Shown: positions 12,456 to 25,985 of the stretch, piece after piece
Layout: each line of letters begins with the position of its first letter
How positions within the stretch are numbered: the first letter of the stretch is position 1
Source of the DNA: Squalus acanthias
Lineage: Eukaryota
Direction of reading: 5' to 3'
DNA length: 64,000 nt
Assembly (NCBI GenBank): GCA_030390025.1
Contig: CM059433.1
Coordinates: 11,596,001 to 11,660,000, forward strand
The notes under the pieces: model-generated
Told to the model about the DNA's origin: nothing
The model's input: the letters and a program-made list of their open reading frames with translations, nothing else
The model's database searches: none
Program-made: the position numbers and the translations under genes

Positions 12456-14099
12456 GGAGTTGTTAGGCACAACTCGAAGCAATTAACAATTCCATAACTA
12501 TACATACAGTCCAATAGACTTTTATGGCGCTTATTTGTATGACATACTGAAAGCAGCATGCTATATATCCCTCCTCCACAGGTCTTCCTGGCTGCAGTAG
12601 TTCATCTACTGCTGATCCCATGCAGCTGTGATGAAAGCTCTGGTATACTATTTCACTTGGATAAGTGCTGTGGAGAACCTTTGACATCTTACCTTTCCTG
12701 CACAGAGTTCTGAATGGGAGTACACGGAATTGAGCAATTCTGATAGATTCTATGCAGATTGGTTGTTAGCAAGGCCTTAGCAATCCTCAATAAGAAACTT
12801 AAATCGCCACAGCCATGGCAGAAGTGCAGAGAACTCAGTCAACTTAACTAGACTTCTTCCCTGATCAGCTATTCCTAGTCAGGGTCTGTGAGCTGCCAAG
12901 GTAACAATTAGACAATTTATTATCAGCTTCTGTTGTCCACAATAAAAAGAAAAAACATCTTCCTGGAGATGAAAAATTGCCTTTTATATCATAAGGAAAG
13001 GCTGAGAAGCACTCATTTTTTTTAACTGATATTGAAAAATGAGAACCCCACTTTTTATTAAAAAATATAAGATAAACTATCACATCCATAGGAAGGGAAT
13101 ACGATGGTTGGTGCGAATGTGTGCTTTATTGAGATTAAGATACTATCATCTATCTTTTCCTCTGGTTGTCTAGCAAAAATGCCAAAGTAACACACACGAG
13201 ACAAATTATTATTGAATATAAAAATATAAAGATACTGGAACAATATCACTGGAACTTAGAATGCCAAGAGAGCCTTGATTATGGATTAGAATGAGGATGA
13301 CACTGACAGAATAACATTTACAAAATGTACGTACCCTCAGTACTGGTTGTATATGTTCCAGTTTTGCTGGAATAAAATTATTGTCACTTGAGAATATTTG
13401 AGTCTATAATTACTACAACGTATAAAGAAAAAAGTAAACCTTAAATAAGAAAATCTCCTTTAATCATATGTTTTTGATTCCAGTTCCTCATTGAACTTCA
13501 GAAAATATCTGGAAAAGAAAATGGCTGAAAATAAATTCTAATTCGCAATGTTAGGTTATAAGCAGCTACAGTATTTGGGGACTTTTACCTATTTGACCTG
13601 GAAGTGATTTTGGTTTAATTTATATTGATATAAGATCAGGTTCACTTTTTTAAAGGTTAATTCCAAAATTTGCAGCATTCTTTTTTGACTTATCATCAAA
13701 AAGCCTTTAGTCACTGGGCAGTGGGTGGTTGGGAATGTTAGTGAGCCATCCCAAAGTGTAATCGTTTACTTTTGCATATTCCCTCGGTGTTAGGACAGTG
13801 GGAAGTCATTGGGCACATCCCAGGACAATTCGTACCCTGATACTAAAATGGGTTTTCATTCAATATGCCCGACGAGTGGGGGGGGGGGGTTGGGGGGGGT
13901 GCTTAGATGACCAGACAGTAGGCGCCGTGAAGTTCCACACTAAGGGGACAGGTTTTCATTTAAGGTGGCAGCTTTGATTGGTATCTCGGTGGACCAATCG
14001 TTGTCACACAGAGCTGACGGAGAAGTGAGAGGACAGTCTTTGTCCATCTCTCTCTGCCTCTGGAAAGAGCTGTCTGCAATATCTCAGTATTAGTATTAC

Positions 14100-14590
14100 A
14101 AAGTATTTACAGCACAAAAACAGGCCATTTGGTCCAACAGATCCATGCCAGAGATTACGCTCCACATGAGTCCACTCTCACCCCTCTTCATCTCAGACCA
14201 TCAATATATCCTTCTATTCCTTTCTCCCTCATGTGCTTATCTAGCTTCCCCTTAAATTCATCTATGCTTTTCGCCTCAACCACTCCCTGTGGTAGCGAGT
14301 TCCACATTCTAACCACTCTCTGGGTAAAGAAGTTTATCCTGAATTCCCTATTGGATCTATTAGTGACTATCTTATATTTATGGCCCCTAGTTCTGGCCTC
14401 GACCACACAAGTGCAAACATCTTCTCTATGTCTACCCTATCAAACTCTTTCATAATCTGGAAGACCTCTATCAGGTCACCCCTCAGTTTTCTCTTTTCTA
14501 GAGAAAAGAGCCCCAGCCTGTTCAATCTTTCCTGATAGGTATAACCTCTCAGTTCTGGTATCATTCTAGTAAATCTGTTTTGCACCTCAG
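14100..14590 (-). mobile_element. CR1 3' fragment
   Basis: RLGLFSLEKRKLRGDLIEVF and FFTQRVVRMWNSLP. Confidence 0.9.
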
Positions 14591-15221
14591 TGTTATGTTC
14601 TACCTGGAGCTCGGCCAAGAGTAGGTGGTAGGTCCTATCTGGCAATGGACCAAGGGTGGGGTCGGATGGTATTCCCTATGTGGATGTAGTCCAAGATTCT
14701 GTAAAGCATAACTGAATCTGACCCAGTATTTCATGGTTTCTGTTTACACAATTGAATTATATTTTTTTTTTTTTTTTTTAGCTTTATTAACCTTTCATAT
14801 TAACTTACACATTAACCCTTAAAGTGCTGGCCTAGCATTCATTGCTGATGTTTACGACAGATGTCAAAGGAAAAAGTCAGAATGATTAGAATATAAAAAG
14901 GATGTACAATAATCCTCTTGTGCTTGCAAAAGTTCTAACCTTAATGTCCACATCTCGGGATCAAACCTGGCTATTAATTCTTTCTCTTTCTGCAGTTCAA
15001 GCTGCAGTTACACTGCATTACCTGCCTGAGACCGATAACTGTAAAATGCAACCAGCAAGACTGAAGTTATACTGCAGGTTGCAATTCATACTCTACCCGC
15101 CAGGAGAGAGCACTGCCTATATTTGTTTACACAAGTGCGCAGAGCTCCAATACCCGGCAGGTATTTTTAACGTTAGGAGAGCACAGGAACAACAATCTTC
15201 TCATGACATCAAAAAGATTCA

Positions 15222-16230
15222 GGCGGGGATTTTCCTTACCCCAGTGGGTCCGGGGCGGGTGATGTCGGTGGCGGATCGCGGCCCTGCTGCAGGCTCCATC
15301 CCGCTCTGGAAAATGAATTTTCGTTGATAGGGCTTGTTAAGCCCGCCCATCACATTTCCCGGCCCAATTAGAGGAAGCGGGTCTGGTGACGTCATTCATG
15401 ACACGTCATCAGCCGGTTTCCTTAAAGGGACCGTGGCCACCTTACTTTTGACGTTTGTGCTGTCAGTGTTCTACAGCATTGGAGTGATGCAAACACTGAT
15501 AATCACTGCACAGAGGTGCAGGGCTGCACCCAGGTTCACCCATGACTCCCTCCATAAGCAGCACGCAGAGAGGTCCTCTTCCCTTCCCAGGGGCAAAAGA
15601 CACCTCCCCAGGACACCAACACAGCCTGGTTGCACATTGCAGAGGAGGTCACAAGCAGTGATTTCATCAGGAGGACCAGGCTGCAGTGCCGCAAACCTTT
15701 CAATTATCTCATTAGATCACGAAACGTTAGTATAAAGCCACAGTCACCTTCATCCTCCTGTGCCTCTCATCATATCCCCATCACTCTGCCTTCCCTACCC
15801 TATCCCTGCACATCTTTACTCACACCAACTTACCTTGCATCTCCACACATCCCCCTCTCTCTATCTACATTATCACATCCCCATCTCACTAGCCACCCCT
15901 CACACTCACCCTCATCCTAGTGCAATCATACCAACTAACAACACACAAGGGTAGCCACTTGGGTGTTTTATCCAATGTTCATGTAAAATTTCTGTTAATA
16001 TGCTGTTAAGCACTGAAACCTTTATTTTCAACACTTTGCGTTCTTGGACAGATTTGTGTGCACCTTTGGAAGTGGCTTAGTGAATTGCAGTGAATGGTGA
16101 GACATAACGGTAAACACTGCCCCCCTCCCTCCCCCCACAATGGTGCTGAGTGTGAAAGGAATGGTTTGGATGTTATAGGGATACTTTATGGTGTTGGTAT
16201 TGGTGTGGTGCCAACCTGGAGCATCATGTA
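15222..16230 (+). mobile_element. Decayed Harbinger with Myb exon 1 remnant
   Basis: IAEEVTSSDFIRRTRLQCRKPFNYLIRS matches the Myb helix of the intact element. Confidence 0.6.
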
Positions 16231-16554
16231 GATATACATCTTCAAAAAAGACAGGCCACTGATGGACATCCCTCACCTTCAAAAAACCTTCAAAAAACAA
16301 TCACTGGAAACATGAACTGGATTAAAAGCTGACATAACTCTATGTACCCTCCAGAAATATTCTACACAAAACCTCGCAGCATAAAACATGGCAGGTTATT
16401 TTCATCACACCACAGAGGAGCTGTTGTTTTATTACCTCTTGTGATGCTTCTCTTTAAAAGGCGTCTGATCTGCTTGTACATATGGAGTCAGTTGTGCGTT
16501 CAGAAGACATAAAGAAGGAGTCCTCACTGAATGAGATTCTTTTCAGATGCTAGC

Positions 16555-17089
16555 TGAACCTCAACAGTTCTGGTCACCACACTTTAGGAAGGATGTGAAG
16601 GCCCTTGAGAGGGTGCAGAAGAGATTTACCAGAATGGTTTCGGGGATGGGGGGATCTTAGCTACAAGGACAGGTTGGAGAAGCTGGATTTGTTTTCATTA
16701 GAGCAAAGGAGGTTGAGGGGTGATTTGATAGAGGTGTACAAGATTATGACGGGTTTGGATAAGATAGATGGGGAAAGGCTGTTCCCACTAGTTGATGGTA
16801 CAAGGACTCGGGGACACAGATTTAAGGTTTTGGGCAAGACATACAGGGGGGATGTGAAGAAAAACTTTTTTAAGCGAGTGGTGAGGACCTGGAACTCGCT
16901 GCCGACGGAAGTGGTGGAAGCGGAGACACTTAATGTTTTCAAGGGGAGACTGGATAGGCACTTGAGGGAAATAAACTTGCAGGGCTACGGGGATAGAGCG
17001 GGGGAATGGGACTGACTGGATTGCTCTACAGAGAGCCGGCAGGGACTCAATGGGCCAAATGGCCTCCTCCTGTGCCATAATGACTCTAT
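16555..17089 (+). mobile_element. CR1 3' fragment
   Basis: LFSLEQRRLRGDLIEVYKIM, WNSLP, atgactct tail. Confidence 0.9.
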
Positions 17090-17977
17090 GGGGGAAAAAT
17101 TCAGTTGGTTGCGCCTCCCATTAGCGCCTTAAGAGGGCGCTAATGGGGCACAAAGCAACTAGCACCCGGGCATGGCGATGTTTGCGCCGCTCGCGAAATT
17201 AACTAGACATTTTGCGGCGATGCTAAACACTACCGCCACGATCTGCTGCGCCGGCAGATCGTGACGTCAGTCGAGTGCGCAACGCCCCGGTAGCACCCCG
17301 GAGCGAATATTGAGTGGCACCCCCTGCCTTACCGCCTGCCGCTAGCAACGACAGGTTGAGGGGAGCGTTTTGCAGTCAGGAAGGGACTAGGGGAGCGCTA
17401 TTTAAAGGCGACCACTTCCTGCCTTTTTTTGTTGGTGACATTTTTGAACCACGCATTCTGAGAGAGAGAGAGACTTCTGGAGAGATTCAACGCTGTGTGA
17501 AGGAGTTTGGGTACTGAGCAGCACTTTGCAGGTTCATTTTGATTTGACCTTCCTTGTATCGATTTAGAAGAGACTGTAGGGGTTGCACTCTGAGCTCTTT
17601 CCCTGGTTCTCTCCATTGTTCTTTCCAGCAGATTTGATGTACAGGTCTCTCCAGGCCGAGATTCAAGGCTGCAATGAGCAGGATGTGGATGGAAAGCAAG
17701 ATCGACCCTCCCCTTTAAGAACTGGCCGGCGCCATTGTGTCTGTGTTCCATTGCTGACTGACATCACATGAGCTTCGCCAGCGCTCTGAGGTAGCGCCTC
17801 GCTCCTCGGCCTTTGCGCCTTAAGACAGATGTGTAGCGCCTGATTTAGCGCTCCAATCACCTCCAGGGGCAATAAAAGCCAAGTTTGCAGTCGGAGGCGA
17901 TAATTAGCGGCAGGCACTAATCTTTGCGTCCGGCCGATAATTGCGCCGTAAACGGGGCGAAACTGAATTTTTCCCCC
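17090..17977 (-). mobile_element. Non-autonomous Harbinger deletion derivative with TAT TSD
   Basis: Perfect 17-bp TIR gggggaaaaattcagtt; TAT at 17087-17089 and 17978-17980; arms homologous to both ends of 28787-33021 in inverted orientation. Confidence 0.92.
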
Positions 17978-18249
17978 TATGACTCTTAAGGTGCCATTAA
18001 CAAAAGGAAGGAGGTGCTCGGGGTAAAGAGAAGCGGCTATAGGTTGGGCCTAGCAACTCAAGTCTGATTTTTACACCCTTTAAATACATTTAGGCCGTGA
18101 AATCCCTCCGAGCTGGTGCAATGTATATTTTCAGTTACGCGCACCAATGGGGTTTCCCCCACACCTCTGGTGAAGCAGCGGAACGGAAGCAGCTCCAAGG
18201 AATTTCTTGGCTTCGGTTTCTTTAAATTTTGCCCCTTTATTTTGTTTTT

Positions 18250-19450
18250 TAAATTATAGGGTCGATACTGAGTTGCTTGGTGCTCGTAGCCTCGGGTGCT
18301 GAGGCATGAGGCCTGCTGGGCCCTCTAACGGATATGATAGGATAGTGTGGTGGCGAGGCTTCTGGGGTGCTGAGGGTGTGGTGCCCTCATGGTTAAGCTC
18401 GCTGAGGCCTCAGAGATGTTTTTTTAATGAATTGCTTGCCCCATAATGTAATCTCAGCATCTGAACAGTGTAACCAGAGCTCAATGTCCATCCAGTCATG
18501 TTCCTTAGGGCGAGGTCTGCTTTTGATCATCATCTCAAGTAGCTGCATTATTGACCCATCGATTTCACTGTTTATTTCATGGTTTCCTTGGGTTTCAGCT
18601 GTGCAGCCATTCAAAACTTTCTGAAAGCTGAGCCCCAAATCAGCTGTCTGTTGTGTGTTAGCTGAGGGAACTGTAATTGACCTCTGCCGAAATAGGACAT
18701 TGGCCATTCCTCTCTACTCGCAGACTCTGGAGAAGGGAAGGAAATGATCAGAGGAAGCATGCAGCTCAGGCCAGCCTCAGTATCCAAAGTGATTGCCTGC
18801 CGTAACTTAGTCCTGCTGAGGGCTACTGCCATGGAGCAGGTGGAGAAGAGAACCCGCCTCAGCCAGTGGCAGTAGAGGGCCCCAACCGTCAAGCACCTGA
18901 TGTAAACCCATGAGCATGCAGCACACAGTCTGTATGCTTGGTGTTTGTTTCTTGCCACATCTCATGGACTAAAGGGCAGGCGCATTGATGTGACAGCAAT
19001 ATGCAACCTGTGCCTTTGGATAGTGGAGTGCTGTGCATTCTTTCTCTGTGAAGCTCCACCAAGCTTACAATGAAGCGCAATGTAAGGCAGCGTCGTAACA
19101 TTAGGTAAAACGTGAGCAGCGCACCCGTGGCAACCTTTCAGAGAGCAGCAGATTTCTTCCTCGACTGCTCCCAGAACCTTATCGGTGGTGGGGGGGGGGG
19201 GGGGGGGGGTGGTGAAACAATGTTCACTCTTTCTGTTGCCTCCTTCCAGGTTGCTTTCTTGCTCCTCTTCAGAGAGGGACGCTCACCTGCTCCAAAAAAA
19301 AAAGACCACACTTCTATTCGTCTTCATGTAAAAGGGCCTCCAAAACAACATCCTGGAAGAGGCCTGGTCTTGCTGTAGCCGTTGCTACCTCTCAGTAACA
19401 TTGCAGTGTTAAGGTGACCGGCCATCCTTTCAGAGCTGCTGCTGCTGCAA
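18250..19450 (-). pseudogene. Highly decayed Harbinger-type Myb/SANT remnant
   Basis: Minus strand near 19115-19390 reads KKATWKEATERVN...RFWEQSRKK, a trihelix pattern. Confidence 0.5.
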
Positions 19451-19524
19451 GATAAAAGTACTTCTTTACTTCGTGCGCTGTGCAGCAGGAATGCTGAAGA
19501 GGATTTTATCCTACATTATAGTAG

Positions 19525-20060
19525 AATAGACTCTACTCATTGGAGTTCAGAAGAGTGAGAGGCGATCTTATTGAAACATATAAGATTGTGAAGGGGCTTG
19601 ATCGGGTGGATGTGGTAAGGATGTTCCCAAGGATGGGTGAAACTAGAACTAGGGGGCATAATCTTAGAATAAGGGGCTGCTCTTTCAAAACTGAGATGAG
19701 GAGAAACTTCTTCGCTCAGAGGGTAGTAGGTCTGTGGAATTTGCTGCCCCAGGAAGCTGTGGAAGCTACATCATTAAATAAATTTAAAACAAAAATAGAC
19801 CGTTTCCTAGAAGTAAAGGGAATTAGGGGTTACGGGGAGCGGGCAGGAAATTGGACATGAGGCTGAGTTCGGATCGGTCAGGGCCCTGTGGGTGGCGGAG
19901 CGGGCCCAGGGGCTGAGTGGCCGGGTCCTGCTCCTACTTCTTGTGTTCTTTAGATTTGAGGTGAGGATCAGATCAGCCATGATCTTATTGAATGGCGGAG
20001 CAGGCTCGAGGGGCCGATTGGCCTACTCCTGCTCCTATTTCTTATGTTCTTATGTTCTTA
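19525..20060 (+). mobile_element. CR1 3' fragment, same subfamily as 45790-49497
   Basis: Near-identical to 48940-49497, including the doubled 3' UTR motif. Confidence 0.92.
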
Positions 20061-20972
20061 TAGCGTGAGGTCGACTAATAGCACTACACAGTTGACACCC
20101 AAAGAGCAATGCACCCACTGCCACAGCGTTGAGACTGTATCATCGGCCCCGAAATCACTCAAAGGAGACAAACTCTATCGGATGCTATAAGGGCAACAAC
20201 ATTTCTAACATGGTCCTCACATAAGGAAAACCCGTCAGTATGTTTTACAAAGCAGAGAAAGAGGACACCCAGTGAAAAAAGGAAGATCATAATTGGGGAG
20301 GAGTGGCTGAATGTGCAATCAAAGAGTTGGTTTTCAGAAGACTTTTGATGGCAACGAAGTAAGTGGCAAGGCAAAGTATGTTTGTGAGAGACTTCCAGAA
20401 GACAGGGTGGCCTTCGGGTAAGTTGAAGAGTGGCCTCTGCTGGTACAGTGGAGGGAAAAGGAATCAGTAGTAATCGGTGTCAGAGGAGATGAGGGTGTGT
20501 GCAGGGATGCTCATTTGGAGAACGACGCTCGCATAGGGAGACTTGAGGTAATTTAGGGTTTTTAAAACAAGATCAGGGATCGTGAAATCACTTTGCTTGG
20601 GTACAGGAAGCCAGTAGAGCTGATGAAGGATGGGGATGAGCAGGTGTGAGACTTTGTGTGGGGGTTAAGTAATGAAGGATGGAGCTGGGAAGCTGGCAAA
20701 AAGATCCTTTAGGCCAACAAAAAAACAAACTCCTGCAGCTGCTGGAAGTCTGATGCAAAAGCAGAAAATTCTGAAAACACTCAGTAGTATCCGTGGAGAG
20801 AAAAAAATAAGTCAATATTTTGGATGAAGGGTCCACACCTGAAATATTGACCTGTCTGTTCTTTCCACAGATGCTGCCTGACCGGGTGTGTTTTTCCAGC
20901 ATTTTCATTGAATCACAAAATCATAAAATAGTGCAGCACAGAAGAAGACCATTTGGCCCGTCGAGTCTGCAC

Positions 20973-21093
20973 CAATGTTCCCCGTAATTTTTTGCGTGCG
21001 TGGCCCCTTTAAGGGGCTGTGCGGCCCATTGACAGTTTGAACTTCAACATCGAGAAAGTTGGTCCGAGGCCGCACAGCTTATAGGGAACATTG
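20973..21093. mobile_element. 121-bp hAT-type MITE
   Basis: TIR caatgttccc / gggaacattg; perfect 8-bp TSD gtctgcac at 20965-20972 and 21094-21101. Confidence 0.88.
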
Positions 21094-21095
21094 GT

Positions 21096-21295
21096 CTGCA
21101 CCGGCTGTATCCCCTATCCCTGCACCGGCTGTATCCCCTATCCCTGCACCGGCTGTATCCCCTATCCCCGCACTGGCTGTATCCCCTATCCCCGCACCGG
21201 CTGTATCCCCTATCCCTGCACCGGCTGTATCCCCTATCCCCGCACCGGCTGTATCCCCGCACTGGCTCTTTCCCTGCACCGGCTCTATCCCTGCA
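21096..21295. repeat. 24-bp minisatellite, about 7 copies
   Basis: Unit ctgcaccggctgtatcccctatcc read directly from the sequence. Confidence 0.95.
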
Positions 21296-21987
21296 ACTTC
21301 TCTTCTCCTTCAAGTATTTATCCAATTCCCTGTTGAAGGCTGCCATTGAATCTGTATCCACCACCCGATCATTCCAAATCCTAACCACTCGTTGCGTAAA
21401 AAAGTTTTTTCTCATGTCGCCTCTGGTTCTTTTGCCAAACATCTTAAGTCTGTGCCCTCTCGTTATCGACCCTTAAGCCATTGGAAACAGTTTCTCGTTC
21501 TTTACTCTATCTAAACCTTTCATGATTTAAACACCTCTACCAAATCTCCTCTTAGCCTTCTCTGCTCCAAGGAGAACAACCCCAGTTTCTCTAGTCTATC
21601 CACGTAACTGTAATCCCCTTTTATCCCATGGGCTTCAATTTTGCTAACAAGCCTAATATGTGGTATCTTCTGTTTTTTGTCTCAATCTTTAATATCCTAG
21701 ATTAAGGTTTTGACATTAGTGAAGAAGAGGCAGAGGGCTATACAAGCAATGTTCCAGAGGTGAGGAATTGGTCTCGGCAACAAGCTGGATGTGAGATAGG
21801 AAACACGACTTGGGATCAAACAGGGTTCAAAAGTGTCACAGCTTCAGATTTAGTCTGAGGAGAAATCAGAGAAGTCAAGGGCAGTGGTAGACTTACCACT
21901 CCACAACTCCGTCCACCACCATAGGTGCGGGTGGGAACTGAAGTGGGTGGCCTTTGTTTGCTTGCGTTCAGCTGGAGCAAATTTCAA

Positions 21988-22625
21988 GTTTTTTTTCATA
22001 TTCGTTCATGGGATGTGGGCGTTGCTGGCAAGGCCAGCATTTATTGCCCATCCCCAATTGCCCTTGAGAAGGTGGTGGTGAGCCGCCTTCTTGAACCGCT
22101 GCAGTCTGTGTGGTGAAGGTGCTCCCACAGTGCTGTTAGGGAGGGAGTTCCAGGATTTTGACCCAGCGATGATGAAGGAATGGCGCTATACTTCCAAGTC
22201 AGGATGGTGTGTGACTTGGAGGGGAACTTGGAGGTGGTGGTGTTCCCATGCGCCTGCTGCCCTTGTCCTTCTAGGTGGAAGAGGTGGCGGGTTTGGGAGG
22301 TGCTGCCGAAGGAGCCTTGGCAAGTTGCTGCAGTGCATCTTGTAGATGGTACACACTGCAGCCACGGTGCGCCGGTGGTGGAGGGAGTGAATGTTTAAGG
22401 TGATGGATGGGGTGCCAATCAAGCGGGCTGCTTTGTCCTGGATGGTGTTGAGCTTCTTGAGTGTTGTTGGAGCTGCACTCATCCAGGCAAGTGGAGAGTA
22501 TTCCATCACACTCCTGACTTGTGCCTTGTAAATGGTGGAAAGGCTTTGGGCAGTCAGCAGGTGAACCACTCGCCACAGAATACCTAGCCTCTGACCTGCT
22601 CTTGTTGCCACAGTATTTATGTGTC
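21988..22625 (-). mobile_element. Non-LTR retrotransposon 3' fragment (same family as 4497-5287)
   Basis: YKAQVRSVMEYSPLAW motif. Confidence 0.88.
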
Positions 22626-24079
22626 AGACTTGATGTCAGACAGGCCGTCAAAAAATATAGCCTTGGTTTTGATGGTGGAGGCAAAGAGGTACAGTTTGGT
22701 GTCATCACCATCCATGTGGAGGTTGTCCCTGATGGTGTCAGAACTACGTGGATAGGATGCTCTGATGAAAATGGAAAAGCCCCCTTCAATATCCTGTTTG
22801 AACATGATGGAGAATTGCTGGGGTTATTGAAGAGTTAATATGTCGCAGTTACTGAGCTCAGTGACCGTGCTAATAATGGCTAGGGTCTGACAGCACAGTA
22901 TCAACAGTATACAATACAAAGCTGGAAATACTGAGTGTTCAAACTGAAAATTTATATTGCAGCTCCAACGAATGGTGCATTGTCCTGTTACAAATTGCAT
23001 GACTTTGAACAAAGCAAGTCACTTGAGGATTTGTAATTGGGTGGAAGTTAATTTGCCAAGCTAAAATGGGTTTACTCTTTATCTGTATGTATGTTGTCAC
23101 TCCTGCACATATGGTTCAAGTAATGATTGGCCAGACTCCTCCCCAATGGCTTTCTAAAATACCATAAAACATTTAAGAATCCAATAGTTAAATCCGACAG
23201 AACTTCTAACAGAGCCGACAAACTGAGATTTTGGAACTGTCAGTTTTTGAGATTTGATTGTACGATAAATATTGTTTGACTGCTCATATTAGTAACAATC
23301 AACCATTGATTCCTGCCTTGCAATAACGTGTGCTTTATTGATGGGTGAGGTTGTACCAAACACATTTAAATGGAGATTTTATGCAATCTATTCCATCAAA
23401 TGGTGACATCTAGAAAGTAGAATGTAGTATAAACGTTTTCTAAAGCAACAAAACAGTCACAAGACTAAAATAAATTTCAACCATGCAGCTTGATTCTTAA
23501 ACAAGAAGTGCTTATTCTATTCTGCCAGCTTGCCTTGAGCTCCGTTTCAAATGTAGCAGAATTTCAAACTGTATAATAGACCTTTAAATATATTCTCGTA
23601 CTTGTTTGTAAAGACAAATAAAATTAATGTTCCCTGCAGCTAAGAATAAAGTTGAAATATGAATTAGTGTTTCACATGATCATTAGTAAAAGAAAAGCTC
23701 ATCTATACGGTATACTAGCGTTGGGTTCCATATTTCTTTCATTACATTCATTCAAAATATCATGAATTATGGTTAAATTGTAATGGGTTCAGGGGTTCTA
23801 GGGGTCGATTTTAACTCACCGAAGCTGGTGTTAACAGGGTGGTAAGGGTCTCAAAATGGGGACACCGGACTTAGGTTAATGCCAACACTCTGGCCGTCAC
23901 CATTTTGAAAGGGGCCTATCCCTGGGCTGCCCAGCACCTGCCTGAAATAGGTGGTAGGCCTCTGGCCCATGCAAATCGGAGACCTAATGACGTAGTTAGG
24001 ATCCCGATTTAAATTTTAAAGGACGATCCGCCTATGTGTGCGGGCATTGAATGGCCGAAGCTGCGGCCCTTAGCAAAAT

Positions 24080-25985
24080 GGAAGCACATGGAATTTGAGG
24101 CAACATATTGGTATGGGTAGGAAATTGGTTCTGAAGTAGGAGACAGAGAGTAGGGATAATGGGAATGTATTCCAATTGATGTTCCCCAGTGATCTGTACT
24201 GGGGCCGCAGCTTTTCGCTATATTTATTAATGACTTAGATGAAGGAATAGAGGGTCATATATCCAAGTTTGCTGACGGCACTAAGTTACATCGGATATAC
24301 GGCACAGAAACAGGCCATTCGGCCCAACCAGTCCATGCCGCCGTTTATGCTCCACTCGAGCCTCCTCCCGTCTTTCCTCATCTAAATCTATCAGCGTAAC
24401 CCTCTATTCCCTTCTCCCTCATATGTTTGTCTAGCCTCCCCTTAAATGCATCCATACTATTCGCTTCAACCACTCCCTGTGGTAGCGAGTTCCACATTCT
24501 CACCACTCTCTGGGTAAAGAAGTTTCTTCTAAATTCCCCATTGGATTTCTTGGTGACTATCTTATATTGATGGTCTCTAGTTATGCTCATTCTTGCTGTA
24601 TCCACTCTATCAAAACTTTTCATAATTTTAAAGACCTCTATTAGGTCACCCCTCAGCCTTCTTTTGTCAAGAGAAAAGAGACCCAGCCTGTTCATCCTTT
24701 CCTGATATGTATACACTCGCATTTCTGATATAATTCTTGTAAATCTTCTCTGCACCCTCTCCAGTGCCTCTATATCCTTTTTTTAATATGGCGACCAGAA
24801 CTGCACGCAGTACTCAAAGTGTGGTCTAACCAAGGTTCGATACAGGTTTAGCATAACTTCCCTACTTTTCAATTCCATCCCTCTAGAAATAAACCCTAGT
24901 GCTTGGTTTGCTTTTTTTATGGCCTTGCTAACCTGTGACGCAACTTTTAGTGATTTGTGTATTTGTACTCCAAGATCCCTTTGTTCCTCCACCCCACCTC
25001 GACTCGCACCCTCCAAGTGATAAGTGACCTCCCTATTCTTCCTACCAAAATGTAATACCTCACATTTATCTGCGTTGAACTTCATTTGCCGATTATATGC
25101 CCATTCTGCAAGTTTATTAATGTCCTCCTGTAACTAGTTGCAGTCCTCCTCAGTATTGACTATCCACCCCCCAATTTGGTGTCATCCACAGTTAGGAGGT
25201 GCAGTAAGTAGTGTAGATGGGAGCAAAAGTTGCAATGGAACATTGATAGATTAAGTGAGTGGGCAAAACTGTGGCAGATGGAGCTCAATGTACAAAAGTG
25301 TGAGGTTATTCACTTTGTACCTAAGCTAGATAGATCAGAGTATTTTCTAAATGGCGAGAAGCTCAGAACTGTGGAGGAACAGAGAGATTATGGGGTCCAT
25401 GTACAGAAATCACTAAAAGCTAGTGGGCAGGTACAAAAAATAATTTAAAAGGCTAATGGAATGTTGGTCTTTATCTCGAAAGGGCTGGAATACAAAGGGG
25501 TGGAAGTTATGCTACAGTTGTATAAAGTTCTGTTAGACTGCATATGGAGCACTGCCTTCAATTTTGCGTGCACCTCTGGACCGCTAAAAATACTGCGAGC
25601 CAGGTCTCGCCTTCCCCGTTATTCCCCCCATGAGACCTATCGCCAGCGTCCCAGCTGCTTGACATTCCTGTGGCCCAAAACTGGAATAAGAACATAAGAA
25701 CATAAGAAATAGGAGCAGGAATAGGCCACTTGGCCCCTCGAGCCTGCTCCGCCATTCAATAAGATCATGGCTGATCTTGGGTTCAAAGCCACTTCCCTGC
25801 CCGCTCCCCATAACCCTTCACTCCCTTAGCTTGCAAAAATCTGTCTATCTCCACCTTAATTGTATTTAATGACCCAGCCTCCACGGTTCTCTGGTGCAGA
25901 GAATTCCATAGATTTACGACCCTCTGAGAGAAGAAATTCCTCCTCATCTCAGTTCTAAAAGGGCGACCCTTTATTCTGAAACTAT
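24080..25985. mobile_element. CR1 cluster: plus copy split by a minus copy (about 24290-25190), then a minus 3' tail (25685-25985)
   Basis: The plus copy breaks after SKFADGTKL and resumes near 25190; the minus copy has KFNADKCEVLHFG and [15 protein letters not shown]. Confidence 0.85.

Larger units (their letters stand above)
20910..21620 (-). mobile_element. CR1 3' fragment carrying a hAT MITE and a minisatellite
   Basis: RGDMRKNFFTQRVVRIWN motif. Confidence 0.85.

Noticed and set aside
12685..12860. Minus-strand donor AAG|GTAAGA with a possible upstream exon
   Set aside because: No convincing acceptor and no recognisable peptide.
21059..21349. Repetitive ORFs (PAPAVSPI, CTGCIPYP) and CRISPR-like periodicity
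   Set aside because: These are translations of a 24-bp tandem repeat with no unique spacers.
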